Assembly: GCA_002633005.1 (NCBI GenBank)
Contig: NMRA01000358.1
Location: 373,213-437,212 of the forward strand
Length of the DNA stretch: 64,000 bases
From: Phoronis australis
Taxonomy: Eukaryota > Animalia > Phoronida
Reading direction: 5' to 3'
A model generated the notes under the pieces. That model was given only the letters and a program-made list of their open reading frames with translations, was not told the DNA's origin and made no database searches. The position numbers and the translations under genes were made by a program. Positions 24,886 to 36,815 of this stretch are shown piece by piece (the first letter of the stretch is position 1; each line of letters starts with the position of its first letter).

Positions 24886-27790
24886 TAGTCAGTGGGCTAG
24901 ATCTCATAGCGTTCATCCTTGTGAGTACTTTGGGGGGGGGGGGCAATCTAGTTTTCTCTGTGTGGCTAGATAATATATATGTTCCCACGTCTACACTTGC
25001 ACATTTTTTTAAAAAAGGTGTTTTTGTTGCATAAAATATGATGCACATTCCTGCCACTTGGTGGCGCTTTTCTATTGAATTGACCAATCAGAGAGCCAGA
25101 TTGTATTGTTGTGCTTAGTTACTTCAATATGGCTGCTCCCATGGAGTGTGATGCCTGGATAATTCAAGGTTTATCAAACAGCACAAAATTGTGATGCCAG
25201 AGCCTAAAGAAGCTTAGGAAAGCCTCCTGACGAAAGCTGATGGACTGTGGAACTCTGTAGATCAGTAGATAAAAAAGAAGAAGAGGTGTCACAAACGTTT
25301 GTGAAGAAAACAGCTGCATGTCCTGGTATAGCCTACACAGTATACTGCTGAGTGCTGTAGACTAGAAGACCAAGTGTCAGACCAAAAAATTGAAAGGNNN
25401 NNNNNNNNNNNNNNNNNNNNNNNNNNNNNNNNNNNNNNNNNNNNNNNNNNNNNNNNNNNNNNNNNNNNNNNNNNNNNNNNNNNNNNNNNNNNNNNNNNNN
25501 NNNNNNNNNNNNNNNNNNNNNNNNNNNNNNNNNNNNNNNNNNNNNNNNNNNNNNNNNNNNNNNNNNNNNNNNNNNNNNNNNNNNNNNNNNNNNNNNNNNN
25601 NNNNNNNNNNNNNNNNNNNNNNNNNNNNNNNNNNNNNNNNNNNNNNNNNNNNNNNNNNNNNNNNNNNNNNNNNNNNNNNNNNNNNNNNNNNNNNNNNNNN
25701 NNNNNNNNNNNNNNNNNNNNNNNNNNNNNNNNNNNNNNNNNNNNNNNNNNNNNNNNNNNNNNNNNNNNNNNNNNNNNNNNNNNNNNNNNNNNNNNNNNNN
25801 NNNNNNNNNNNNNNNNNNNNNNNNNNNNNNNNNNNNNNNNNNNNNNNNNNNNNNNNNNNNNNNNNNNNNNNNNNNNNNNNNNNNNNNNNNNNNNNNNNNN
25901 NNNNNNNNNNNNNNNNNNNNNNNNNNNNNNNNNNNNNNNNNNNNNNNNNNNNNNNNNNNNNNNNNNNNNNNNNNNNNNNNNNNNNNNNNNNNNNNNNNNN
26001 NNNNNNNNNNNNNNNNNNNNNNNNNNNNNNNNNNNNNNNNNNNNNNNNNNNNNNNNNNNNNNNNNNNNNNNNNTGAATTATACTCTCCACAGATTTGATT
26101 TGAAAATGGGTTTGGGCTCAAAAATTGCCTTCCGGGCGATTGGCTGTGTACCATCAACATGGGCAAACTTCAAACTTCAATGGACACCGAAAAATCTTCA
26201 CCAATCTTTCCAATATTCAGCATAATGAATCCTTAGATCTATGTTTTTCTCGCTTGCTATCGGCAAATTGCAGAGTTGTCTCCCCTAAATCAAAATTCCT
26301 CGGAAAACCCCTTCTTGTGTGTATTTCTGTGGGGGAATAGTTAGCTGCTGGCTGCGCATGCGCACTGCCTATGTCAGATATTTCTGGCGTTGAAAGATTG
26401 TGAAGAGTGACGAATCCAGTTTTCAGAGATGTTTTTCTACAGTTTTGTTTGGAGTTCATTGAATCAAAGCTTCTAGCACGAGGAGATGTCATTTGCCTTT
26501 CAAAACTAAAGCAAGACTTTGAAGCTGTTCTTCAGAAAGCTGGTGTGCATGAAGTTATTTGGACAGGCAATCTTATTGTTGAAGCTACTCACTGTTGTAG
26601 TTTGTGCCAGACTAAGAGATACGAAATTGAACTGAGGCTAGTGTTCAATAATTCACTTGCTGACTCTAATTAACACAGCCCATTTTAACATATTTTGAAT
26701 CAAATGTTTGCCCAAATCCTGCCCGCCTCCAAACAAGGACTTAGTGTTTGACCCTTCATTGCCTGCGGGCCAATCACCAGTGTGCAGTGCTGTATCCTCT
26801 CTAATCGACAATAGTTGGCTCCTTGGCGTTGGAGCTTTGCAGCTAAAATGTATGACAATGCCTGCATCTCCATTGACAGTACTAAACGATGAACGCTAAA
26901 AGTGCAAAAAGAACATTTGTGCTGGGAAACTGAGTTTGTGCTGCAATGCTGGGTCAAACTGTACATAAATGTGCAACTGTGACAACTGTAGTAACATCAG
27001 CAACACTGACTGTATAACATTGGATAGTTCTTTGACAAGTCAACCCTAAATAGACCTCCAACCTCGTTATTTCGTTTTCTTTGTATTAAAAAGTTAACTT
27101 TATTTGTTGATTAAGTCATAGAAAGTACATACTTTGATCATTGTCATGTATTTGTCTCATACTGCTTGATAAACGCTGTCAGAATAATCTATTATTTTCA
27201 TACAGTCTGTGTGCACATTCACAGAGATCATTCCACTATATTGTTTTTGTACTATAATGTATTTCTGGTGTATTATGCAAACAAGCGGTATTTTACACCA
27301 TTAGTCAATGTTTTAGTCATTGAGGCACGCATTTTGCCCAGTCTCAAGTGTTTTGTGTTATTTTTGTTGCCAGACAATGCCAGAATAACTTCCTAGTAAC
27401 ATCCAGACTTAGTTTGCATTTTTGCCACTAGGTGTCTCTTTACATTTTTTAAATTTCACTGTTTACAATTAATCTACAGTAGTAAAACATGTAACGTGAG
27501 TGTAATATTGTTCAATACAATGGCACTGATGGGACCATATTACTTGTTTTACAAAAAAGTCACCAAAACTGAGTTGTTTTTACAAATATAAGTTTACTAA
27601 GCTCTTTGGTGATTATTAGGTAATTTCAAACTCAAATTTCTCAAAAATGTGCAACTTTATATGTGGGAACTTTTTAGATTTTGAAAACACTCTCATAAAT
27701 GATTTAAAAAACACCAAAATAAAATTGCCCCCCTAAAGTACTCACAAAAACCATTTTCTAGAGGCCCTACAAATTCTGGCCCACCGACTA
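24886..27790 (+). mobile_element. Academ-like non-autonomous DNA transposon (spans the N gap)
   Basis: TIRs TAGTCAGTGGGCTAGA / TCTGGCCCACCGACTA and a 3-bp TSD GTT/GTT. Decayed transposase C-terminus LHCLRANHQCAV...KCKKNIC...CCNAGSNCT*MCNCDNCSN at ~26750-27000. Confidence 0.8.
25398..26073. other. assembly gap (N run)
   Basis: Run of N. Confidence 1.
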
Positions 27791-29299
27791 GTTGGACTAA
27801 GTTCTTGGCTCCATGACCACATCGCTCGTGAAGGATTTGTTTTACATACGGTGTTACGCTAGGAAACTAAGGACATGTGTTTGACATCTTCTAGTGAGGA
27901 CATACAGCCATGTTAGATTCCATTACAAGTAACAAAACTTCAAATGATGCAGTACACTTGGCTTAGGTTGCGCGCTTGCGTTTTGTAATGCAAAGGAATA
28001 ACACGTGGTCGTGAAAGTACTTAGTAGTTTATCAACAACTATTTTGTTTGCCTGGCAGACATGACGCCCAGGAACTGTTCATTTTATGCATTCACTGGGG
28101 CTTACTTTTGAAATGGAGTCGATTGGTTCCATCAGATTACTTGCCCCGTGAGCGGAGGTATTGACCGGTGCTCATTCACCGATGAAATTTTGCGAATGTT
28201 GTTTTGAGTCCTTATTTTGTCTGGCAGGTGCAACTCAACTCTGAAAGTAACGAACAAGTAACAACTGTGCTATGTGGAATGATCCTAAAGGCATTACAAT
28301 TGGTTTCAACCGGTTGTCCGGTGAGTTGATTCATCTCAACTCGGAGGTTTTCACGTGTCGAGCAAGAGTAATTCACCTGCGGACTTGTCTGATAAACTTC
28401 ACGATACATGAAATTTTGCTGAATAGTTTGCTACTTGTTTCATGTGATTACCTCTTGGACTGATGTAGCTCAATTTCGGACCCCGTTATTTTTTGTGTGG
28501 CAGGGTGACCCGACCACTGAGATTGTCGGACATATAACAGCTGCACCATGCAAATACACTAAGAGTGACGCTGAACATTGTGTGCGGTTGGTTTCAAATG
28601 GTTACCTAGTGTGTCGATCTACCTCAACTCGGAGAATCGGGTGTGTTGGGGGGGGACCCAATTAAATTCGTCTGTGGCTCATGTCCCCATCGCTGATGCT
28701 GTCAGCGGTCAATTTTATGGCATTGGGGTTATTTGTCTCAAGTATAGCTGATTACAAGAAAAGTTGATCTAGCTCAGTTTCTGAGTGCTAGTTCCATAAC
28801 ACCCCTGACCACACCTACTGTAGCGAACCTGCCAGGTGGCCATCTCTAAGCACTGTGATACACATGCAGCCCTCAGTGGAACCCAAGGATATTGGTTCGG
28901 ATTACACGTCCGGAAAACCTCTAGGATCCTGGTCTCGTAATTGGCAGTCACCAAATCAAGTGTTTTCAGTTAATGGTTCACAATTTTCTAAACATCGCAT
29001 ACCCGAACGTGTTATTCTTTCTTGATGAAAAACTTATGTACTAGGGAAAGTGTCTTCTTTTTTACTTGTATTCTGTTATAAAAGGCTTTGGCGACAGGAC
29101 TCTTGCAAATAACAGTCCTTTAGACTTCAGAAAACTTTTGTCACAACCACACCATTCCAAAACTATAATGGCATACTAGCAACCTATTGTTGACAACGAT
29201 GTAACCTTACAAAAACCATTCAACTAAAAAGCATGTTAGACGCACAGCTCGACAAAGTCTTATATAAGGTAACTTGGGTAGTTTTAACTAACATTTGAC

Positions 29300-29830
29300 G
29301 AACAATGGAAATCTACCACGCTATCCAAAGACAGTTCAGCTGTTAGTCGTTGAACTACCAGCACCAGAAAACCGTTTACAGAAATCCAAGTCAGTCTTTT
29401 CTACAATTTTATACTTTAACCCCCCAGTAGAGGAAAATCATTCTATCAAGAATTTCGAAAGCACTAGACAGTGTAAGGCGATCACTTCGCTGAACATCAA
29501 GAAAGCTTTGCGTGTTTGTTGAGCTAATGGCCGAGTGGCACCAGACCTCAATAATTGTTGGTGTCTAAAACATACACAAGATATTTGTAGCATGATTCTA
29601 AGACAATTTAGTTATCGTAAAACCATTTTTCATACTAACGAAGGGGCCAGCCTTCAAAAAACACCATATTTTTTGTTTACCAAGATTATAACCGTCATGC
29701 CTAAATCTAAACAATATTTATGTAAGACATTAATTTGTTTTTGTAATATCCTAGCTGTCAAGGCACACTCCACTAGATCATTCGCATATCAGACCACACT
29801 TATTTCTGCAATATTATTTTTCATAAAATG
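29300..29830 (-). mobile_element. decayed non-LTR retrotransposon (LINE, L2/RTE-X-like) reverse transcriptase fragment
   Basis: Minus strand EISVV*YANDLVECALTARILQKQINVLHKYCLDLGMTV (YADD region), followed by LAQQTRKA and DFCKRF...TVFG*RGRFPL. Confidence 0.75.
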
Positions 29831-30458
29831 CCATTGCTACAGTCTTTCTCATATCATTGTTGTACATTATAAATAGGAAGGGACTGAGCATGCACCCTTA
29901 TCTGGTATCCTGACAATTAGCCCTTCGTCAGGATCTCAACAGGGGACTTTTCATATTGTCGCTCTCTAGAATGAGAGCACAAAAGTAACTTCCCCATGAT
30001 CCCAACTCACATTTTGGTGGTGTAAAATTAAACTACTGCACAGTGGTTCATCAATTCAAAAGCAAGGAAATAAGTACCTCTGCCATTGCGTCCCATTGTT
30101 TCATTAAAGGTGACTGCTTTACTTCGGGTTTTTTTTGAAACGGGCTGGGATCGAACTTTTCCCGCTTTCATTAGCTGCAGCCACAGGCTATGAGGCGGAT
30201 TCTTCTTCGCAGTTGGAAATGTATGGAGCACGAGGTCCTTGTTCAGTTGATGTTTCAAGTGGTTTTCCTTTTCCGTAAGGCATGTGGCGTTGAACAACTG
30301 CTCATCAAAGACCTAGTGGCCGTCTTGCGCGCTAATGAATTTCACTACCGCAGCTATTTAAAAATTCACCTATATTGGTTGTAGTTTGATTTTAACACAC
30401 TCAGTATTTTACTATGGATCACTATTTCTTGGAGTCAACCACGACAAGTAATGGGGAT

Positions 30459-30601
30459 CAGTGGCGGATTTAAGAGGGGCCAAGGCGGCCCCCCTAAATT
30501 CTCCCATACTCCATTTGACACTTCGGGGGTGCGAATATCTGACGGGTAAAATCCTAGATAGTACTCTGCCCTGCCCCCCGTAACTCCTGAGTAGCGTTTT
30601 G
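30459..30601. mobile_element. degenerate CAGTGGCGGAT-family MITE
   Basis: Intact left end CAGTGGCGGATTTAAGAGGGGCC; the right end is decayed. Confidence 0.55.
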
Positions 30602-31885
30602 AATACTATAGAAAAGCTCATGAAGTAGCAAAAATCCGACCACTAGATTTCATAATGTTTTTCTGATCATATTCCTGAAAAATAAATATGTGAATAAGGA
30701 TATAATAACCGGCTTGGTTTTCGTGTAACGTTTTCCTCAGTGCAGGTTGTTAGACGATTCTCAATCTCTTTGTGAATATTTTCCCTATAACTTACAAAAG
30801 TGATATTCTATGATAATTAATGACCTAGGTTTATTACCGAGCCTTATTTACAAAATGGACATATGACAGCATCGCCCTGTATCTGGCGATATTTATTAGT
30901 AGTATTGATGCTAATTACAGAGCTTCGGCTACACGTTATACGCAAACGTGAACGTGTGAGGCCTGCACTCTTTGCTTTACTATATCACAACGTTGACCCA
31001 CGTTTTCGAATCAGCCTCGTGTTGGCTAGTGCACAACGTGAGCTTTAACTCGCGATCGATTTATTCTAAAAGATCGTAGAATTTACCCAACTTTTTAACG
31101 TTTTTAGGAAGTTTAGTCATTTAGCAGATGATGTAAGTTAGTACAAGCGTCTTACTCGGTCGAATGTTTGAGACATGACTTTTTTGGAAGTTCTTGTGAC
31201 GTTCCGGATTTTTCTCAAAAACGACATAGTAATCAGGTGGCAATGGACAAATCATGTGCCAAAAACGAATTTCGGCAATATTTCATGAAAGCACATGAGA
31301 AGAATTCTTTGAGAAGAAATGTTTAAAGCACACAGAAATAACTGAGAGTTTGTGAGCTAAATATAACATTTGTTTCAACATTTTTTCTCGAAATCACTTT
31401 TTGTGTCGAAAAATGCCATCTAAGAATATTTATATCTGTCATATTAATTGCTTTCACAAAAGACACGAATGATGTCAAGGGGTGTGCTCAAGGGGGCCGT
31501 GACACCTCTAATCATTGCAAAATAAGACTTCAATTCAGAATCGTGGATATAACTTTGTAAATTTCATTTATCCTGAAAGTAACAAAACACAATTCATGCT
31601 CTTTTGCTTTGGGATAAACATCGTTGGATAATAATGTACATAAAGCAAAAAGCGCTGTAGTTACCAAAATAAAACCTTGTTTTACACGCCTGTCATAGAT
31701 GTGGCAGTATGCTGAGATGGATGTGGCTGAGGAAGGCACGTAAAGGAAAACGTCTGAAGTGTTTCTTGACTAGTATGTTGCAGATAGCGATCGTTACATG
31801 AGAGGTCGATATGGAGTACAACTACTCCTCTGTGCGGAAAAAGCTAGTGAATGAGAGACAAATTAAGGGAGAATATACAATAGAG

Positions 31886-32090
31886 CAGTGGCGGATCTAG
31901 GATACCATAAGAGGGGGCCAACATGTTGCCTCGGGAATTGGACAGAGCTCGATTGCATGTGCACAGCCGGCCTGAACGGGGCCTGGGGATGTGGACATTT
32001 TCTTCAGAAAATCAATCAGAGGACTGAAAAAAACGGGGACACGATTCCGCCGCGGTCTGGGGTCTGCGCCCCCCCCTAAATCCGCCTATC
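31886..32090. mobile_element. CAGTGGCGGAT-family MITE
   Basis: CAGTGGCGGATCTAGGATACCATAAG...AAATCCGCCTATC with a perfect 5-bp TSD TAGAG. Same subfamily as 56789-57097. Confidence 0.9.
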
Positions 32091-32091
32091 T

Positions 32092-33320
32092 AGAGGATAG
32101 AGTAGTTACTTATCGGCGACCTGATTGTGTATTATTAACAGTACGGTCTTTGTTTCAAAAATCAAGGACCTTGAAGTTTCTTCGGGTCAAACCATCGTAT
32201 CTCTTAATGTGAGTGCACTATTTACCCGCATACCGGTTCCTGACGGCTATGACTATTGACGAGAAGTTGGACCACGATCAGTCATGGAAGCGAAGAACCA
32301 AGTTGAACAAGGACAAATTAATACTTGAATTCTGGCAAATTTGTCGGACTACATATTTCTGATACAGAGTAATTTCTACAAAGAACAACAACACGGTGCA
32401 GCCATGGGCTCGCCCATTAGCCCCATTGTGGCTAACCTTTACATGAAAAGTTTCAAAACTAGAGCTATTGCTCCGGCTGACCATTATTACTGTGGTACCA
32501 CTACTGAGACGACACCTTTGTCCAGATCCAAGAGTACTTCGTTATTGAATTTCTAGATCACATCAACTCGGTAGATCCTCACATCAAGTTTATCATTGAG
32601 CACCCATCTGATGACAAACCTCCGTTTCTTAACACATGCATACATATCAAAGGCGACAGCAGCACGAAGGTCACTATCTGCCACAACCTACCCACACGTG
32701 CCTGTGCCAAATTATAGTCAACGTAGACCTTCCGCACGTTCACGGTCTCTCGGAAAACTATCTGACATCTTCAGAGAATACCAGGTGGGCACCTACCACA
32801 AACTATTCAACACCCAATTGAGTGCTTTAGTACGCCCAAAAGAAAAGTAAGACGACAATAAATGCGGGGTGACACATATTGAATGTCGTATAACCCACAT
32901 TTCAAAGCAGGAAATGTTTGGATAACCTAGAGTGCACAACTAGTACCGCCATCTATTTTCAAAACTGAAACTAAAATTTTCATGTTTGGCATTTGCACCG
33001 TGTAGATATCGGAATGCGCATTTTCAAGACATTTTCTTGAAAATTAAAAATAGTGGGTTATCAGGTTCATGCATGAGAAACAGTCTAAGTCAATAAACGA
33101 CAACTGAACAGAGATAGTAGATATAAATTACTAGCTGTTTACCAAAGCCTCATCGCAAGTTATAGCCACCAAGTGGTGTTGTACACCACCAAGGGCCACC
33201 CACTGGTGACCATGTGACGCAAAGACTCCCACCAGTACCCCAAAAAGGCCCAGGACGGGCTTGAAAGGTGGGTCCGCAAACACTAACTGGTCGACGATAG
33301 GTAACTACTCTATCTTCTGT
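32092..33320. mobile_element. ~1.2-kb TIR element enclosing a Penelope fragment
   Basis: AGAGGATAGAGTAGTTACTTATCGGCGACC versus the reverse complement of the right end, AGAAGATAGAGTAGTTACCTATCGTCGACC (27/30 match). Confidence 0.7.
32230..32890 (+). pseudogene. Penelope-like retroelement reverse transcriptase fragment (decayed, internally deleted)
   Basis: FYKEQQHGAAMGSPISPIVANLYMKSF, then Y*DDTF...FLDHINSVDPHIKF, then LPHVHGLSE/KLSDIFREY...LVRPKEK. Frameshifts and stops present. Confidence 0.88.
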
Positions 33321-34788
33321 ACTATGTAACGGCGACAGCTTTGAACTGATTCGTTCTAAGAATATACAAATAATCCAATCAAATAAGATGTACAAATACA
33401 GGTAGCACAGCTCTGATGAGTCTAAGAACGGGGAAATAACAGAGCATCTTCTCTGAGAATGAGTGGGATAGTCCACAAGAGGTAAACAAGTGGAAGTTGT
33501 GTAATGAGGTAATGAGGTGACTAAAATTAATAGAAGGCCAGCAAACACATTCTACAACAATAAGCGTCAAATCTATTCGAGTGTTGTGGTTGAATGTTTT
33601 TCGTGGCCTCCACGTCACACATGATCAAGTCCAGTAAGTCGAAGAGTACCAAAACCGACAAATCATCTTTGTCATTTTCTTGATTACTGCAGCACCACTG
33701 ACTTGAGTGGGGATACGTGTAGCCGAAACAAAAAAATGGAGCACCAAGCATACGCGAGCGTGAATGTTACTCACAATTTCCGTGTTTAACGCGTAGCCGA
33801 AGCTCTCTATTCTTAAGAAACCGACCCTCGAACAAACACTTCATGTGTCAGAGTATTGTAATACCAGGGATTGTTGGTCACAAGATAATCAGTTTGGCTA
33901 TACTCCTTTTTGAAATTTGTGTTCAAATCACTTGTAAAATGCAAAAATGCTTCTAGCGACATCTGTACGTAAACCGCAATATATCTGAGCAAACAAAATT
34001 GTCCAACTACAGTGGGTTCCTACAAAATACAGTGTATGTTTTGAACGAAATAAGTAAAATGGTGATGATCGCCATTAGTACTCGAGTGAGTACAGTTTCG
34101 AAAATTCTCTTTATAATTGAAGCGTCTGAGCAAACTTTGGTGATTAAGCAATGACAAACTATTCTTTTGAAGCCTTAAACTCGCCTCCAATTTTACTGGG
34201 GATAATTAAAGACCAATTTCATAACGGTAAGGCGTACATTTCATTAATTAACGGAAAGAGGTGTCTATCAAAACATATTTTCATGACGAAAGGTTGATCT
34301 TCAGCAGGTTTAAGCTGAAATATTTACCATTTTCTTACCGNAGTATAGGCTCTCCAGCGATATCTCAGGCTACCGGCAGTGGCGCTGGGCACTACGACTC
34401 CGTTTCCGTCGTCTGCTCTACCGTGCAATGAAAAAAATTACTTCATTTTTTAAAGAAAATGGAATCTGAGTGATGATGAAAAAACAGAAGCTGCTGGTAA
34501 GATGTCAATTTTAATCCAAGCCTTAATGAACCACTCTGAAACTCTTATTTCTCTCTTTGTCAAACCTTAACTTAAGACGATTTCCAAAGCAATCGCGTCA
34601 TTATTGCCAACACAAAAAAACGGATTTGGTCTTTTGGGCAATTGAGGACTATTTTAAATACAACAAATTTGTTACGAACTGATTGCACAAAATATAAAAC
34701 ATGTAATAAGCATTACAAAAGAAGGTTTCGCGAGCAAACGCTGTGGACCATAAACAAGTAGGTCTCTTATTATCAAATTAGGTGTAAA

Positions 34789-34860
34789 TCGTGGTGGTGT
34801 AGTGGTAAAGCACGCGCGCTATATCCACCAGGTCGTGAGTTCGAGTCTATGGCACTTGAA
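34789..34860 (+). mobile_element. tRNA-derived SINE head or tRNA pseudogene
   Basis: A-box-like TGGTGTAGTGG, B-box GTTCGAGTC and downstream T-runs. No convincing cloverleaf. Confidence 0.5.
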
Positions 34861-34974
34861 GTTTTTCCAGTTTGACACTGTCTCCGTTTTTTTTTTATTT
34901 GCTTTTTTTTCTTGGATAATACTTCGGGAATCAAAGAAAATGCTTGATTTTTAGAGGAAAAAACAGAAAAATTT

Positions 34975-35103
34975 CCTGGAGGAGGGTTTGCCCCCCTCCC
35001 GACCTCCCCCCATTCGGTGCTATGCACATCTACAATCGTGCTTTGAGCAAATGTTTACAGACAAAATGTTGGCCCCCCCTTGTGATTCTTAGATCTGCCA
35101 CTG
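34975..35103 (-). mobile_element. partial CAGTGGCGGAT-family MITE
   Basis: Ends in GGCCCCCCC...AGATCTGCCACTG, the reverse complement of the family terminus. Confidence 0.55.
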
Positions 35104-35539
35104 CTTGGGCGGATATTTGGAAAACGACCTCTCGCAAATATCAACTAAAACAGAATCTACACCAGGGCTTGTTTTCGGAAAAGGGTGCTTATTTTCGGAA
35201 ACTTTGTCATTAAAATTGTCCTTCATACTGTGCTAATACGGTTAGTTACTAACAAAGTCGCACAATATCGTTAAATAACAGTCCGGCATTTGAGTGAATT
35301 CGCGATCCCAAAATATAATACCTTTTCAAAATAAACAAAATTTTACATCAGAACCTTTTGCATAATTATTTCAGAACAATCCATCAGATTTTCAAAACCT
35401 ACAAACACTTACTGAAAGTACGTCCAGTGACGTCGTTTTGGAAACGTTTCTGAAAATACGCCCATTATGTGTACTTTTCAGTGTGTGGCTATTTGCGGAA
35501 ATTTCCCCGTAAATATTGAATATCGCTTATCTATTACAG

Positions 35540-35584
35540 AGTGCCAAGGATCAACTAATGTCAACAATCGTCTACTTTGATCAG
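35540..35584 (+). CDS. nAChR alpha-type subunit, 45-nt exon (loop D): SAKDQLMSTIVYFDQ
   Basis: ctattacag acceptor and gtgagt donor; phase 0 to 0. The 45-nt size is typical of this nAChR exon (cf. DEKNQVLTTNIWLQM). Confidence 0.93.
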
Positions 35585-36566
35585 GTGAGTAGCGGTGTCT
35601 CTCAATGCGCAGGGAGTAAATTATACCTAACACATGTTCGATACAAGACCAGTGCAAGGCTACAAACAAGTATAGCGTTTAGAGGGGGTGGGGAGTTGTA
35701 CCGCGAAAATCGAGGATGCAGCTCCGAGACTGAGCGTGCAAGGATCTTAGCTGGAATCAGTTTAGAGGTGCATCCATTGGACTGTTAATAGGGCCGTCCC
35801 AGACTCGAATCTCGTTATATTTACCTGCAATGCCGTAAACATCCGCCTGGCACAGTTACTGTCTCGTTTTCGTGACATTGGAGTTTCACGTGTAATTTGT
35901 TGTTGTATCATTTTTTACACTTTTTTCTCGGTTGTCTAACTCTGTTCGTCCTTCCAATGCCAGCGAAGTATTAGTGCTGTGCTGCGGGCTGCAGCGACGT
36001 TTGAAAGTTTGATAAACAGCACAAATGCCCGTGGATGCGTAATGTGAAATTCTTTGCCTTTCCGACATCACCGACTAGAAACACGAAAATGTGTCTGATT
36101 TCCAAAACGAGGTCACGCGCTTTCTTATCTGCTCAGCAGATTAAAGCTCTATTGCCGTGTAATCCGGGACAGCCCTATTGACATCACTTTATTCTCGAAG
36201 CAACAAAAACCATTGCGTACATTGATGGGCACTTCATTAGCAACCTAGAAATGGTGTACGACGTACAAGAAACAGACACCGCAAAAGCGAACATGTGGTA
36301 CGCAAACGCTGTTCATGAATTTGAGCTTGTAGTTGTAGGGTACTTAAGTGGACTGGGTTGAATGTAGTTACCGGAGCTTACCTGAAAACCAATAAACTCA
36401 AACATGCTTGTCGACCTCTATCAGATGTCAATCTTGTCCGTGATGAATTCTGTCGCTCAAGCTTAGCAAAAGAGACAGTCGTGATCAAGTTAACACGGTC
36501 CTATAAAATATGCCAAGCTTGCCAATCTTAAATCCGAATTCACAGCGACGTGACTATCCAGTGCGC

Positions 36567-36815
36567 GTATGAATGAATCAGATGGGCAGTGGGAAGGAGT
36601 AAGTCAATAGGGCAGCTGGTATGAAATCAATGAATCAGTTAGGCTGGCTGGTAAGAATGAATCGGTTGGACCGGTGGTATGAATGAATCAGTTGGACAGC
36701 TAGCTGGTATGAATGAATCTGTGGGGCGGCTGATCAGGCTGAATCAGTTGAGAAACTGGTATGGAAAAATCGGCTGGGGGCTGGTATGAATGAATCGGTT
36801 GGGCGGCTGTTATGA
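36567..36815. repeat. ~26-30-bp minisatellite (GGTATGAATGAATCAGTTGGACAGCT); resumes at 40133-40148 after a transposon insertion
   Basis: About 9 degenerate units read directly. Confidence 0.85.

Noticed and set aside
25333-26225. Long ORFs of 228-283 aa in the ORF track
   Set aside because: Artefacts of translating through the N gap; the same applies to 7969-8256.
34789-34860. Functional tRNA gene
   Set aside because: A and B boxes are present, but no coherent acceptor or anticodon stems were found; treated as SINE/pseudogene.
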